Part shown: positions 1-15,120 of the stretch, in pieces
How positions within the stretch are numbered: the stretch's first letter is position 1
How the letters are laid out: every line of letters begins with the position of its first letter
DNA from: Veleropilina oligotropha
Lineage: Eukaryota
Assembly: GCA_048128005.1 (NCBI GenBank)
Contig: JBEUKZ010000047.1
Coordinates: 1-64,000 of the forward strand
Length of the DNA stretch: 64,000 bases
Direction of reading: 5' to 3'
The notes under the pieces: generated by a model
The model's input: the letters and a program-made list of their open reading frames with translations, nothing else
Databases searched by the model: none
Told to the model about the DNA's origin: nothing
Position numbers and translations under genes: made by a program

Positions 1-1435
<1,435 letters not shown>

Positions 1436-2840
1436 CTGTAGAATCATTAATTTTCGTGGGGTACCAATTTTCGTGGGTAGGCTAAACCACGAATTTAAAG
1501 TCCCAACGAAATATGCGTCACCCAGTCAGTTTTAATCTTGGATATCCGTTGGCGGCCATTTTGGAAATGGTGAACATTTAAAACAAGACGAAATAGATAC
1601 TACTAAATTTGATCTTAATGCTATCTTATATACATAGTTTTGTACATATATATACCAAGGGATAAAATTATAGATATTTACAGATAAATATGCGTACATT
1701 AAATACTTCTGATACTTGCATGTATCAGTAACTGTGGTATTATTAGTTGGTTTTATAAAAACAACATTTAATTGGTAATTAGTCCAGTTTTGGCAAATCC
1801 ATTCGAAATCAATTGCCTGCGTTGCGTCACTTCCTTGTGAGCATAAATAATCCAGTTGGCATGAATGGGTTTCAGTGTGGACGCCAGACCCTCTCAAAAT
1901 GTCTTTGTATTCTTTGTTAACCGTTAAATCCAACGGCTGAAGCTGTTATGTCGGTGCAACAAGCCAGAACGAACAAAAGGATAATTCCGTTATCCTTTTA
2001 TTAGTAGGGTCAGTAAGTTCTCCTCTCGGTGAGCATTTGGAAGATTTGTCGGATTGTCAACTCATATAAACAAAAATAAAACTTATTATAATATAAATGT
2101 CAAAAACCCGTTTAATAATAGTAAACATCTATCAATCTACTTTTTATTCTACTCGATACACTTCGTATGTTTCCGATATCGGCGGAAATAACCGATGTTT
2201 TTATCCATATAATGTTCTCCTTTAGCACTGTTACTGATTTGCCGAATTAATTATAAGAGCGGTGTACATTTTGTATAAAAACAAAAGTCGATATTACTAA
2301 CGGTATGTTACTATGTTTACCTGTTTTTTTAATTTGACGAATTGGTCCCTCATACTGCGTACTGATGATTCGCTGACGTTTTTTACCGAAGTCTGTCGTA
2401 AACTTCCAAGCGGCTTTCGCAACACTTGTGGGTATAATACAGTAGTGGGTAATCTTAGCACGCATTTCAAGGTGAACGTTACATAATGCTGGCGGTACTT
2501 TGTTTTTCTTTCCTCTTGTTAAATGTGTTAGTTGGTAATCTTTCATGGAATTAGCTGGCGTAATCACGTTCAGTGAGTGCTAATCAGATTTTAAGATTAA
2601 GCTTAGGATTATAAAAAAACACTCTAGCGTCAGTGTCAGTATTGTCTTTCATCTCAAATTGCATTTTCAATTTGTCGGAACTTGACAAGCACAATACAAA
2701 ATTGCCAGAAGTAGGCCTATATATTATCTATATTTTATTGATTTTCAAAATATGAAATCCACGAAATTACGAGCCCTCGAAAATGTCTTTTTAAGCAAAA
2801 CCACGAAAATTGGTACCCTCGAAAATAAAGTCATTTACAG
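1436..2840. mobile_element. Non-autonomous TIR DNA transposon inserted at TA within the microsatellite
   Basis: Left end CTGTAGAATCATTAATTTTCGTGGGGTACCAATTTTCGTGG; right end reverse complement CTGTAAATGACTTTATTTTCGAGGGTACCAATTTTCGTGG; TA on both sides; no convincing ORF. Confidence 0.8.
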
Positions 2841-2879
2841 TATGTATATGTATATATGTTGAAACCCATGCGCAGCAGC

Positions 2880-3012
2880 CAGCTATAGACAACTGTGTCT
2901 GACAACGCAAATATTGCCTTCGACTGGATTCGAATCCACAATATTAGCGACATTGCAAGCAGGCAATGTAGATTTTGGAGCGGGCTCGCTAACCACTCGA
3001 ACGCCTGGCGCC
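2880..3012 (-). mobile_element. tRNA-derived SINE remnant
   Basis: Minus strand has A-box-like TCGAGTGGTTAGC and B-box-like GGATTCGAATCC, followed by a CACAGTTGTC motif shared with other remnants in the window. Confidence 0.45.
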
Positions 3013-4709
3013 CTAGTCAGAGTTGTATTGATAACATTGTATATACAGTTGTAGTCCACCATGACAAAACAAGAACATTCATTTAATATTAACAAGTCGT
3101 GGCTGCAAATTGCATATAGCAGAGCAGATTGTCACAATGTTGTCTGCATGCGGCACTAAATTCATGTACATGGTTGTCCTCAGTATCCTAAAGTTTTTTA
3201 TGCGCTCAATAGCACGCTCCACATGAATTCGAACATGTGCAAGCTTTCTCGTCTTCTCAACATCTCTCTGGGTGAGCTGCTTTTGGCCACGTGTGAATGC
3301 CGGTTTCAGCAGCGTAGCATTTCTGGCTGCCAGGTCCTCACTTATCAAAAATCCGCGGTCGGCTAAAACTAGGTCTCCATGCTCAATTAAGTCGAGGAAA
3401 CCTGATCTCTGTGTGATGACATCCGAAGTCCTGCCACCAAATGCCCGCGACACATATATGACAGAGCCTGTAAGTGCGATCCCGACCAGAATTTTAATTG
3501 TATTGTGGTGTTTATAATTGGACCAGGTCATTGCACGGGCAGTTAAATTACCAGGACGCTCAATACAAATCTCGGCACAGTCAATAATAACCCTAGCAGT
3601 GGAATATTGAGATGCCCTAAATATTTTTGGCATTGTACGCTGGACATTTCCTTTGTCTGGCCATGAATAAGAAAGGCCAGTTTCCTAGCCAATACTGGCA
3701 GCCCTTTGTTTAACACATCTGACACAACTCCGGTTGATATGCCAAAGCGATAAGCAAGATCGCTGCTTAGCAAGTTGAGCCGAAGCTTCATTAGAAGTAG
3801 CAGAATTTGTGAGCCAGTGGTAATTGTCTTAAACTGTGGCATGTCATCCTGGCAATAATCCACCAACCATAGGAATGTTTGATGGTTTGGCAATCCGGTG
3901 TGTTGTTTCGTCATGTCATCCTTGTTGCCACGCCCAAAAAACTTGTCATCAAATATGAGGTCCTCATTCTGGGTCTCCAGTATCCGGATTCTCTCCTGTT
4001 GCAGTCCCAACTCTAGGTACACCTGCTGCAGCTCGTGCTCCATGTCCCCGATCTTCTTCAGACAGGTGTCATGCCTTCCTGCAAGTACACAAAATTTACA
4101 CAATAATTATATACAAGTTGAACCAACAAGTAATAAGAGCATGGTCTGTCCGCAAGTATTTAGAGCACGGTCTGTCCACATGTACGAAGAGATTATAAAT
4201 AAAGTTCTAATAATCGATTAAAATCGTATTCCAAATCATTCAGCTCTTATTAGTGCGAATACACTGCCCCGCCTCCTAATTAGTAATAACATGGTTCGAA
4301 CCAGCAGTAGAAATATTGTGTATTATTAAATAGTTCAAATCTCCAAAATGTGCATAATATGTTCCATGCTTTGCAAAAATCACATTTTTTGCATATGTTG
4401 TCTTAATTTATTTGAAAAAAATCTGATATTTTTGCAAATGCAAGTCTCAGAGCAAATTTAGAATCCAATTCCACATTTTCTCTGAGATATTCGCCAATTA
4501 TTACACAATTATAATTTATTCAAATCAAGTTTCGAGGAATTTTGGTCATCATAGCCCATGTTGACTGTTGGAACATAATCCGGACTGGTGGGGTCATCAA
4601 CAGCTCTACCTACAATTCAACAACACAATATGATATATTCTGTATTACTACTAGTATGTTACGTGGCAATAAAACCGCCAGTTAACTACCATTAATCAAA
4701 GTCCCATAA

Positions 4710-4990
4710 TATGCACCAGTTATTTGTAATCCCTGCGGGTGCCCTCACCTGGCCGCGACAGAGCGGGGCTAAACCCCGGGGATACACGAAATAATATGCA
4801 CCGCAGTGCCGGGACAACCTATGGGTTCTACAATCGCAACAAATAGAGGTGGTATTTAGGCCATGTATATGACGGGGACATGCACATTTGAAGCATTCCC
4901 GCAGGGCGGGGGGTTGGTTGCAGAAGCCAAATTTAGATGTCCCTGTCTGGGGGGCCGGGGATTATAATTGAACAGTTGACCAGTGCACTA
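4710..4990. mobile_element. Short TIR element (MITE) in transposase intron
   Basis: Imperfect inverted ends TGCACCAGTTATTTGTAATCCC ... GGGATTATAATTG(n)ACCAGTGCA. Confidence 0.4.
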
Positions 4991-5056
4991 CATTAAAATG
5001 TTCATCAATCCATTTCTAAACTTTTACCATCGGCACTAAATTTACACATTCAAAAC

Positions 5057-5116
5057 TACTCCTACTTATAAGAGGTCTCCCGCTTACATCGACGAGACCT
5101 CTTATAAATAGGAGTA
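5057..5116. mobile_element. 60-bp hairpin mini-MITE with 9-bp TSD
   Basis: Arms TACTCCTACTTATAAGAGGTCTC / GAGACCTCTTATAAATAGGAGTA; flanking direct repeat ATTCAAAAC at 5048-5056 and 5117-5125. Confidence 0.75.
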
Positions 5117-5374
5117 ATTCAAAACTACCCCATCTAGTGATATGCCACAGTACAGCATGTTTGTTTACACTTTATTCAGTCGGCACAGATTAAAGAAAAA
5201 ATAATTTATCGGCACAATAAACAAGCTCACACTGACTAAGTATATCTGCACTCACTTACCGGAGATGAAATGACGACCACAAACACGATGATAAGGCTGA
5301 GCAACGAAGTTCTTTCTGGCTATAGCATTTATCCATCGTCTGTGTTTTTCCGGAAATTTGTCTATGTTTGGAAT

Positions 5375-7125
5375 GAATACCAGTCATAACGTCCCTTTGT
5401 CAAATCGTCCTCGGAGTCAAAACGTCCACGGTTTGGTCAAAACGTCCTCGATTTGAAAGTCAAAACGTCCTCGGGTTATCAAGTCGTCCTCGGATCAAAA
5501 CTTCATCCTCTTCCGATAATTGTATTATAACTTACATAGTTTGTTAGTGACCGAATACGGATTTTAATGGGGTCAGTGGAATTTTCATATTGTTTACGAT
5601 TGATGAGGACGTTGCTGGCTGTATGATATAATTAGCGGGAATGCGGCCGGTTAAAGACTGTTGATGAGGATGCAAATTACGTGAAATCGTTTCTCCCATT
5701 ATAATTTTCTCAGCGTCGTTGGTTCGCTGATAAGTTGTTAAAGACAACAGATTTATAGCCGGTAGGTAACAGCCATAATCTGGGCAGCGTTGAAATTACA
5801 TCTGGAAAGAATTGTCGCTCCTGTTGCTCGGATGGAATGATTGGTATACTTCATGGACAAGCCGCACTTCAAGCTGAGAGAAGACATGAAATTGGAAAGT
5901 GTTTTCTCCCCAACTGGGGATTGTGTGTACCAAACTGGATCTGTCTCAATAAAGCTATCTTTTGGTCTTTGCCAAAGGGAATCACAGTGTGGATGTAGTT
6001 TACTGATGTATTTTTGAAACAATGCTACGGGACAATACATGGAGCCTGGAGCTTCGGGCATTATACCGGAAGAGCTCTCCTTGTCGCCTTCTCTGTGGTT
6101 TTTGGTAAGTTCATCTTGAATTTTGATAATATATCTATTACCGCTTTGGGCATCTTTACACAGTTTAAATGTACATTTTCCCATGCTGTGCATATTTTCA
6201 TTTCCACGGCGAAAAAAGTATAATCGAACATCGAACTGCGCTTTATTGAATAGGCCAGTTGGCGTTGATGTGTTAAGGTGCATTGCTGAATATAATATTT
6301 TGCGGTCACTTTCGTTAATTACCGGGTGGTGATTTATACTGCCGTTTCCTATGCGTTTTAGTTCTGCGACGGCTGCTTTATAATTTTTGTTCGAATCTTG
6401 AAATTGTGGTGACTTTATTATATCGTATTTGTTGTTGAATGGGCCTTGTAAATACCTGTTTAACGAATATCGCACCTGCTCGAGTGACGTTGTTTTGTAA
6501 TGGTCGCCATTTGATTTACGAGCGTCGATATAAAAATGCCCCAATACCTCGTCCAATCTTTTTGTTCGCCTTTATCGTAGCTTCAGAATGAACCTTTCTT
6601 AATTTTTCTTGAATCTCTTCTGTTGATGTTGATGCGAAACGTTTAGCCATTTTGTTTTGATTGTTTCTTTACGTCGTCTGCTACGTCACGTTGACGTGAT
6701 ATGAAACGTAGACACTAGATATGGTTATTTTACATGGTCAGCACGTGACGTGATGTAACCAATGAATGGACTAGAATGTTGTCGGAGGCAGGATAAAATT
6801 ATATATTGGATAAATAATGTCATTATTTATGACATATCTACCTTACTATAATTATATATTTTTACAGACACATAATAGACCATGTTGATATCTCGCAATA
6901 ATTTATCATTTTTCAATTTTCAAAAATGTCAGTTAATAACACGTATTATAAATCCATATACAATTTATTTATATATATTTGTTTTCAAAATATTTAATAC
7001 ATTATTTCTATCCGTTAACACCACTCAATGCACCAGATGAGTTTTTGACTCACAAAATAAGCGAGGACGTTTTGACTCGTTCAAAGCGAGGACGACTTGA
7101 CAAAGGGACGTTTTGACTGGATACC
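5375..7125. mobile_element. TIR element with 8-bp TSD and subterminal GTCAAAACGTCC repeats, containing a Crypton-type gene
   Basis: TSD TTTGGAAT at 5367-5374 and 7126-7133; TIR GAATACCAGTCATAACGTCCCTTTGTCAA vs reverse complement GGTATCCAGTCAAAACGTCCCTTTGTCAA. Removing the element restores the THAP reading frame. Confidence 0.85.
5544..6650 (-). pseudogene. Crypton-type tyrosine recombinase (DUF3504/KCTD1-ZMYM-like), frameshifted
   Basis: Motifs FYIDARKSNG..YK..SL, FFRRG.EN, CPV..FQKY.SK, VWY..SPVG, TNHSIRATGAT (HxxR), followed by a shifted-frame SLTTYQR (catalytic Tyr region); probable start MAKRFASTSTEEI at 6650. Confidence 0.8.
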
Positions 7126-7482
7126 TTTGGAATCCTGTGAAATGCAATTCCCTTCCAAAGTTTGTGCCTGTCACTGCAACCCGTAACTACGCAAGAAACA
7201 ACCATTTTGGGGTCATAACACGCTCGATAAATGACTAGTTTACATGTTTATGCTAGCCACCAGCGATCTGCACTTTTGCCAACCAGACCGAAACTGTTGA
7301 CACACGTGATCCGGAAGTGACGTGTCGATGATCGCCGCTATATATTAAACAGTATTATTGTACGATTTTATCATTGAAGATTTTGTATTTGTATGCATAA
7401 TAAAGTTTCTATTTCTATTAAACTCGAAATATGAGATTATTTAATTTTTTACAATCGTGCCGAAACCACCCATGATAAATAT

Positions 7483-7934
7483 AACAAGAACGACGCGTTC
7501 GAAATATGTCTTGACCTTTCTTTATTTCCCTCAAATTTTCATAACAGTTAATACAATGGCTAAGTGCAAGTACTTCATGGCTTAATTTACTACCCCGTCG
7601 ATTGCGACGTCACCAAATGACGATTAATCTAAGGCGACGTCGTAATGACGTCATTGCCATTTGCTTGCAATATTAGACATCCGTTATATACAAATATGGA
7701 TAAAAGTGCTCAATAAATGCATATTTTTGCAAAATTGTGTCGCGAAAGTTATATACACGACCTACAAATACTCTTGGGAATGTGTGTACCAATTTTGGTG
7801 AACATTGAGCGGATAGTTTTCAAATAAATCGATGGATATATATATATATATATATATATAAGTATATAAGTATATACACACGGACCATTTGATAATGTCT
7901 TGTCCTTTTTTACAAAAAGGTCAAGACATAAAAA
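7483..7934 (-). mobile_element. Helentron-associated non-autonomous element (HINE/DINE-1-like), copy 1
   Basis: Subterminal IR TATGTCTTGACC/GGTCAAGACATA, nearby partial IR, internal (TA)n, terminal hairpin GAACGCGTCGTTC then TTGTT; second copy at 18855. Confidence 0.7.
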
Positions 7935-9556
7935 CATGCCGAATCGACTCAGGCCGAACGGGAATAAGGCCGAATCGTCTCAAGGCCGAAACGACCCGTG
8001 ACCCTTTCAGACAGGGCAGGAGATATGTGATCGTTTTTACGGAACGGGACTCTTTGTGCGTCCATTTCAGGCCAAAGCCGAGATTGCAAAATTTATTATT
8101 AATGTTGATGGGATAAATTATTAGGAGCGGATCGAGCTCTCAAAATATTTACTCTCGTAGTATAGCTTTTCTTAATTGTACCTGTGTTCAGCTGTAACCC
8201 GGATGGTAGTAATTTATATCTATAACCGGATAATATAATGATAATTAATAACATAGTATAATCTATTGATCGTATTCAATTTTAGTCCCATTGCTTTACG
8301 GCGTAGTTAGATTGAATATTATTTTAAGTTTCCACATTTAAGTAATATTTTTGTGTTATTTAGTTTCGTATAATAATTATGATCAAACAATTTTCGTGTT
8401 TCGCTTTTCACCTTATATTTCTACGTTATATATATACTCGTATTATTAGCCTGAACTATTCACCACATGCATAACATAAATCTCATTCCAGTTAAATATT
8501 AAAGCTGCAAAATTATGGAATTCACTGCCAATGTATTTAAAACACTGTGATACCATTTTATGCTTTAAGTCTAAATACATAAGGTTTTCACTCGCAAACA
8601 GACATTGTTAAATTTTTAATGTGTGACTTTTCAGGGGCGTCGCAACCATTTTGATGTTAGGGGGGTATCATTAACCAAGGGCACCTCATATTGCATACTT
8701 CCCAACCTTTTATGGCTGATAAGATAACGAAAGAACTTGTTCAACTGCAGTAATTGTCTAGCCAATGCCACAAATCATTAATGTATGTTAATTTTTCAAT
8801 ATATTGTTTGTTGAACAACCTAGTTATTGATACGTATCAGCGCTGAGTGCTAAATAGGCGTCATTTGAAATTTATTCGTCGTTCTATCGAGTCAAGTGCA
8901 GACCACGCTTTCCTTAGTGTCCTCCCTTGTCTATATTATATAGTAACAATGAACTGCGTTAATCGTCAAACGGAAACAGACGAACGATAAACAGCGTTAC
9001 ATGCCCCTGTGTTCGATCATGGCAAATAATCTTTCCCGTGTACTACCGTATAGGCAAACATTACCGTACGCATGCACTGCGTGCTCGCTATTAAAATCTC
9101 GAATCGGTATTCGTATCTATTTAAAACGGTAGTCGGTAGTAGTCTTATACAATAGATAACCTACCGCGTGAGTCTGTAGGGTTGGCAAGTACTATAGTAT
9201 GCATATTGCCTGAACCAGTAATGCGAGCGCCGAAGGCGCGAAGCCCTTTGCTGGTGGTATGGGGGACCTCCCCCAGGAAAATTTGAGAACTTTTAACATC
9301 ATAAATAACATAGTTTCCTAAATTTTATGCTTTTATATATTATATTTTAAGTTGGCCTGTTATATGTGTGAATATGTGTAGCATGTTTCTTAAAGTGTGA
9401 TGTTTCTTAAAGTGTGACAACAGGGCCTATATGGAAATCAGGTTTTGTTGTATATGGCTACCTTGTTTTGATAAATAAAGATTACTACTACTACTAAGGG
9501 TTCATTTCTAATAATTATACGAAACCGAAATCAAGATCCCTGTTGTCCTATCGCTG

Positions 9557-12500
9557 CACTAAAATAACACTATAGCACACCACACTCACGCACTTAAGAG
9601 GCGCAAAAATATAGATGTTCAAATTGACTCTGACGACGATGATGCTAGATATATGGCCGCTATCCGGTCAATCCCATTCGATCCTGAGAGGGAGGCTGAA
9701 TATAGGCCCGACCCTCCACCCCCTGTACCGGAAAGCTGGCCACGTTTCTTGACGATCGAGGCACTTAATTCTAATACTCAAATCACTTCCCTGAGTGCGT
9801 TCGCTATATCCAAGGCCATCCTCGGCCTTGCAGGCAAACCTTGATCCGTCAAGAAACTTCGTGACGGCACACTACTGGTGGAATGCGCCAGGAAGAGCCC
9901 ATGCGGAGATTCTTCTGAGAACCGACAAATTTGTCAAAACACCTGTCGAAATCAAACCACATCGATCCTTAAACAGCTCCAAGGGAGTTATTAGATCAAG
10001 GGACCTGCAGGGATGCAGCGAACCCGAACTGCTGGAAGGCATGATGAGTCAGGGTGTGACGAAGGTTACACGCCTGACCATGTTCAAGGATGGGAAAAAG
10101 GTCCCCATCAACACCATCATCTTGGACTTCCACCTTCCAGTACTTCCTAAGTCTGTGAAACCTGGATACATCAACATCCCTGTAGAGCCCTACATTCATA
10201 ATCCTTTGAGATGCTTCAAATGCCAGGCATTTTGGCATCACAAGGATCGATGCAAAAGAAACTCTGCATGTGCTCGTTGCAGCGAGGAGGGTCATGACTC
10301 TGACTCCTGCTCCAATACACCTTTATGCTGCAATTGCAGGGGTAAGCATTTTGCTTACTCCAAGGACTGCCCGAAGTGGAAGCATGAGAAAGAGATCCAA
10401 AGGGTCAAAACCATCGACCGGATCTCTTTCCCTGATGCTAGGAAACTGGTTGAATCCAGGACTACTTCGGGTAGATCCTACGCTGCAATTGCCGCACCAA
10501 CAGAGCAGAGACCAGTCACTCGATCCTCTTCCACGCAAACGGATATCATCTGGCCATTTGGCGAAGCCTTTTTCAGAACTTTGCCATCTCGAAACACAGC
10601 ATCATCATCAACAGAATCAACTCAAACATCTAAACCAATCAAGCCTTAAAGTAAACCTACTCACAATTCGAAAAAAGAGAATGCTGCTGTTTCAAAAGCA
10701 GCAGTCTCAAAACGAACAAACATTAAACCAGACAGACAGCCCAAAGGGTCCGAGGACCCAATTAAGCTGCATAATCGCTTTGATCATCTGATGGATACCA
10801 TCGAACCATCAGATGACCAAAGCGATCCTGACACCATCATCAACGACCTTGCGGCTGACATAGTTGCTGCTGCTACCGAGAAGGGTAGGAAGGCAGCAGC
10901 AGCTGTCAAAGTAAAGCTTAACTGACAGACTAAGGTGGTGGATGATCCACCCCAACCACCACCGGCTGTCGAAGATCCAATGGATGCCGATCGACCATTG
11001 GATCAGCCATCGGCAAAGCCCAAACCTTCAAAAAAGCCTGTACTTCCACCAAACAGGTAGTAAATTATAGCAAAGCAATATACACAAATTAATATATATA
11101 TACACCAACAACACAACATGACAGGTACCCTAATACAATGGAATTGTAGAGGCATTAAACCGAATATTGATGAGATCAATTTACTAATACAAAACCACAA
11201 ACCTAGAGCATTTTGTCTCAATGAAACTGACAGACAACATACGCATTAAAGACCACTTACTATATAATCACATTGTCACCACAGGTGACAAGGCTACAGG
11301 GAGGGTTTCAATCATCATTAGCAACAGAACACCACACAGTCAGGTCAACTTAAACACCAACTTACAGGCAGTAGCGGTGAAAATATCGACACACCGAGTA
11401 ATAACTATTTGTTCGGTATACTTACCACCTAGCATAAATATACATCCTACTGACCTTGACAATCTCGTCAATCAGCTACCGACCCCATTTGTACTGTGTG
11501 GCGATTTTAACGCCCATAGTACTGATTGGGGCGGTACTGACACAGATAAACGGGGACATCAATAGAGGACTTTATCGGGAGACACAATTTGTGCCTATTT
11601 AATACTACCAAATCGCCAACATACATGCATCCACCTACAGGCTCACTTACCACCATTGACCTTACCATGTGCGACCCATCTGCTTTCCTGGACTTTACTT
11701 GGAAAGTTGGTGAGGACCTCCGCGGAAGCGACCACTTTCCAATTTTCCTGGAAAGCACAATTAACCAACCACAAATATACACTGAAAGGTGGAAACTTCG
11801 CAAAGCAGATTGGCCAAAAGTCCAATCTCTTTGCGAAGAGCAATTACACCCAGACCACTTTACTAATGGTGAAGACCCAATATCAAGTTTCTCTATAACA
11901 TTACATGACATTGCAACGCTATCAATTCCAAAGACCTGTCCAAATGCCAAATATAAAAATAAACCTTGGTTTAATGAAGACTGCAGACAAGCAATCAAAG
12001 CACGCATACATGCAATTTCAACATTTAAACAGCACCCAACACCACACAATCTTAATAGCTTTAGGCTATTAAGAGCAAAAGCCAGACCTACCATCAAGCA
12101 AAGCAAAAGGGAATCCTGGCATTCCTACATTACCAAACTAAACGCTCGTTCCACTATTAAAAAAACATGGGATATGATCCGTAAAATCAGCGGCAAGCAT
12201 ACACCCAACTGCATCAAGCACCTTAAAACAACCAATTCAGAAGCCAACACGGCTAAAGACATCGCAAACACCTTGGCAGACACATTTTCTGCCAATTCAT
12301 CATCCGGCAACTGCATTCCAAAATTCAGCCATTTTAAACATCAAAAAGAAAAAAACAAGGCTCAATTTTAGATCAAGCAATACAGAGTCATACAACCAAC
12401 CATTTTCACACAAGGAACTCACAGATTCACTAAGCAAGGCACATGGCACATCAGTTGGCCCTGATGACATTCACTATCAATTTCTTAAGCACTTACCCAG

Positions 12501-15120
12501 AACATCACTTACAACTCTACTTGCAATATTCAATACTATCTGGGAAACTGGAACCTTCGAGGAGGGAAGCTATTATTATCCCAATTGCAAAGGCAGGGAA
12601 AGATACATCACATCCTAACAGTTATCGACCCATAGCCCTGACGAGTTGTATTTGTAAAACCATGGAACGGATGATAAATGAGAGATTAGTTTGGTACTTG
12701 GAATCAAATAATTTACTTACAGAATATCAAAGTGGGTTCCGGAGCACCACAGATCACTTGGTACGTTTGGAAACTTTTGTTCGTGAGGCCTTCCTAAACA
12801 GACAACATTTAGTTGCTGTTTTTTTCGATCTAGAGAAGGCCTACGACACTACTTGGAAGTACGGGATTATGAAGGATTTGTTTGATTTTGGTTTAAAGGG
12901 CCACTTGCCCCATTTTATTTCGAAATTCCTTGAGGATAGAAATTTTCAAGTCAAGGTGGGTGACACCCTCTCCGATATCCACGACCAGGAGATGGGTGTC
13001 CCTCAAGGAAGCATTTTATCAGTCACCCTATTCAGTATTAAAATAAACAGTATCGTCAAATGTATTAGTACGGGCACTGACTGTTCATTATTTGTTGACG
13101 ATTTTGGTATTTGCTATCGTTCAACAAATATGAACAGTATAGAACGCCAGCTACAACATAGCCTAAATAAATTACAGATATGGTCCGATGAGAACGGATT
13201 TAAATTCTCAAAGGACAAAACTAAATGCATGCATTTCTGCCAGCGTCGTGAAATTCATGACGACCCTGTGCTGAAACTGGATGACTTTGAGATTCCAGTG
13301 GTGGAGCAATTTAAATTTTTAGGCCTTATATTTGACCGCAAACTGTCTTTCATACCTCATATAAAATACATCAAAGCTAAATGTAAAAAAGCTTTAAATA
13401 TAATGAAAGTAGTTTCTAATACCGAATGGGGTGCTGATAAAACAGTTTTATTACGACTATATAGATCATTAATTAGATCAAAACTTGATTATGGGAGCAT
13501 AGTATATGGCTCTGCTCGCCATTCATATCTTAAAATGCTTGATCCGATCCATAATCAAGGGCTTCGACTTGCATTAGGGGCTTTCCGCACATCACCCATG
13601 GAAAGCCTCTATGTCGAAGCCAATGAACCATCTCTTACACTCAGACGTGAAAAACTATCACTACAATATGCAATAAAATTAAAATCAAATCCATCTAACC
13701 CAGCTTTCGAAAATGTCTATACACCAAATTACGAAAATCTATTTCAGGCAAAACCAAACAAAATTGCACCGTTTGGCATCCGCATAAAACCAGCACTAGA
13801 AAACGCAGGCATACATGTAGGTCAAATTAAAACAAATCACATTCCGGATACTCCACCATGGACACTAAAAGTACCGGTAATTGATCTACAACTTACATCA
13901 CTCAAAAAATCAAACACAGACATATCAGATTATCTCACAAAAGTGCACGATCTGAAATTAAAATATTCAGATCGTGCAAGCATATACACAGATGGTTCAA
14001 AAGATGCAGAATTAGTAGGAGCAGCCGCTGTCACTGGCAGACAATGTTTTCAAAACCGTCTGCCAGGCAGCGCGACTATATATACTGCAGAACTAAAAGC
14101 AATCGAGCTTGCTCTTAATTTTATCTCTACAAGTACTAAACGGCGTTTTATTATCTATTCAGACTCCCTCTCTAGCTTACAAGCACTGAGGGAGATGAAT
14201 AGAAATGTTATTGTTCAGGAAATTTTATTAAACTATAACAACCTTTTACCTGACAATGACATTGTTTTATGCTGGATACCGAGCCATATCGGTATCCAAG
14301 GCAATGAGAAGGCTGACCAAGCTGCCAAGGCAGCCTCAAATTTTAACAATATACTAAATTGTAAACTACCACACTCAGATTTTAAACAAAGCATAAACAA
14401 ATATATAAATTCTACTTGGCAGCACTCTTGGAGTGAATGCACAAGGAATAATCTGCAGAATGTCCAACCTCTTCTTGGTGACTGGGGACCCTCTTGCAGG
14501 CCATCTCGGCGAGAGGAGGTCGTCTTGGCCAGACTGAGAATTGGGCATTCTCACTACACTCGCTCCTACTTGCTTAAAGGGGAGCCTCCACCTGAGTGTA
14601 TTCCTTGTGCAACTGCCCTAACAATTAAACATATATTATTGGATTGTGTCGATTTGGATCTCCCACGCCAACGGTATTTTAGGGCCAATTCACTCCAAGA
14701 GCTATTTAATCTTAATAAGCTCGAAGCCGTATTTGAATTTTTAAAACAGGTAAATATTTTCTATAAATTATAATTTTTATTTATACTTTTATTTCCTTTG
14801 ACTAAATTCTATATTTTGTTTTTAATTATTATACTATTTTATTATTATACTAGTTTTTAGCAAACATTTGATCTTTTAAATTTTATTATTTTATTGCCTT
14901 GTGTTTTTATCTAAATTACATTGATTTTTACCTTAATTTGCATTGGATTTATTTTATTTGGAAATGTATTGGTTTGTTTTATTTACATCTTTTATTTATC
15001 GGTATTTACTATCCCAACTTTTAATATTTTATATTAAATTTTTATATAGTCAACTTGACCGACCCGATTATGACCAAATAGTGTCGGCGTGGTCGTTAAA
15101 CATCAATTCAATTCCAATTC
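9557..15120 (+). mobile_element. I/Nimb-clade LINE copy 1 (5'UTR missing; ORF1 ~9572-11060 and ORF2 11118-14773 frameshifted)
   Basis: ORF1 with three CCHC knuckles; ORF2 with APE (WNCRG, GDFNAH, SDHFPI), RT (GVPQGS, FVDD), RNase H (YTDGS, WIPSHIGIQGNEKAD); T-rich 3'UTR, 3' motif GACCGACCCGATTATGACC..GTGGTCGTTAAAC and (TCAAT)n tail. Confidence 0.95.

Larger units (their letters stand above)
3079..7205 (-). pseudogene. Intron-containing THAP + HTH + DDE transposase of PIF/Harbinger-ISL2EU type; frameshifted and interrupted
   Basis: Exon 1 (7205-7126 joined to 5366-5261) reads MVVSCVVTGCSDRHKLWKGIAFHRIPNIDKFPEKHRRWINAIARKNFVAQPYHRVCGRHFISG (THAP C2CH) then a GTAAG donor. Exon ~4610-4545 has DDPTSPDYVPTV. 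4103-3079 has LMKLRLN..DLAYRFGIS, IIDCAE, YKHHNTIK, LADRGF, RIHVERAIERIK, with a frameshift near 3660. Confidence 0.85.

Noticed and set aside
7936..8005. GGCCGAA-repeat terminus of another TIR element
   Set aside because: Only one end is visible, with no partner TIR or TSD.
8632..9290. CAGGGGCGTCGCAACC hAT-like MITE start
   Set aside because: No matching right end was found before LINE copy 1.
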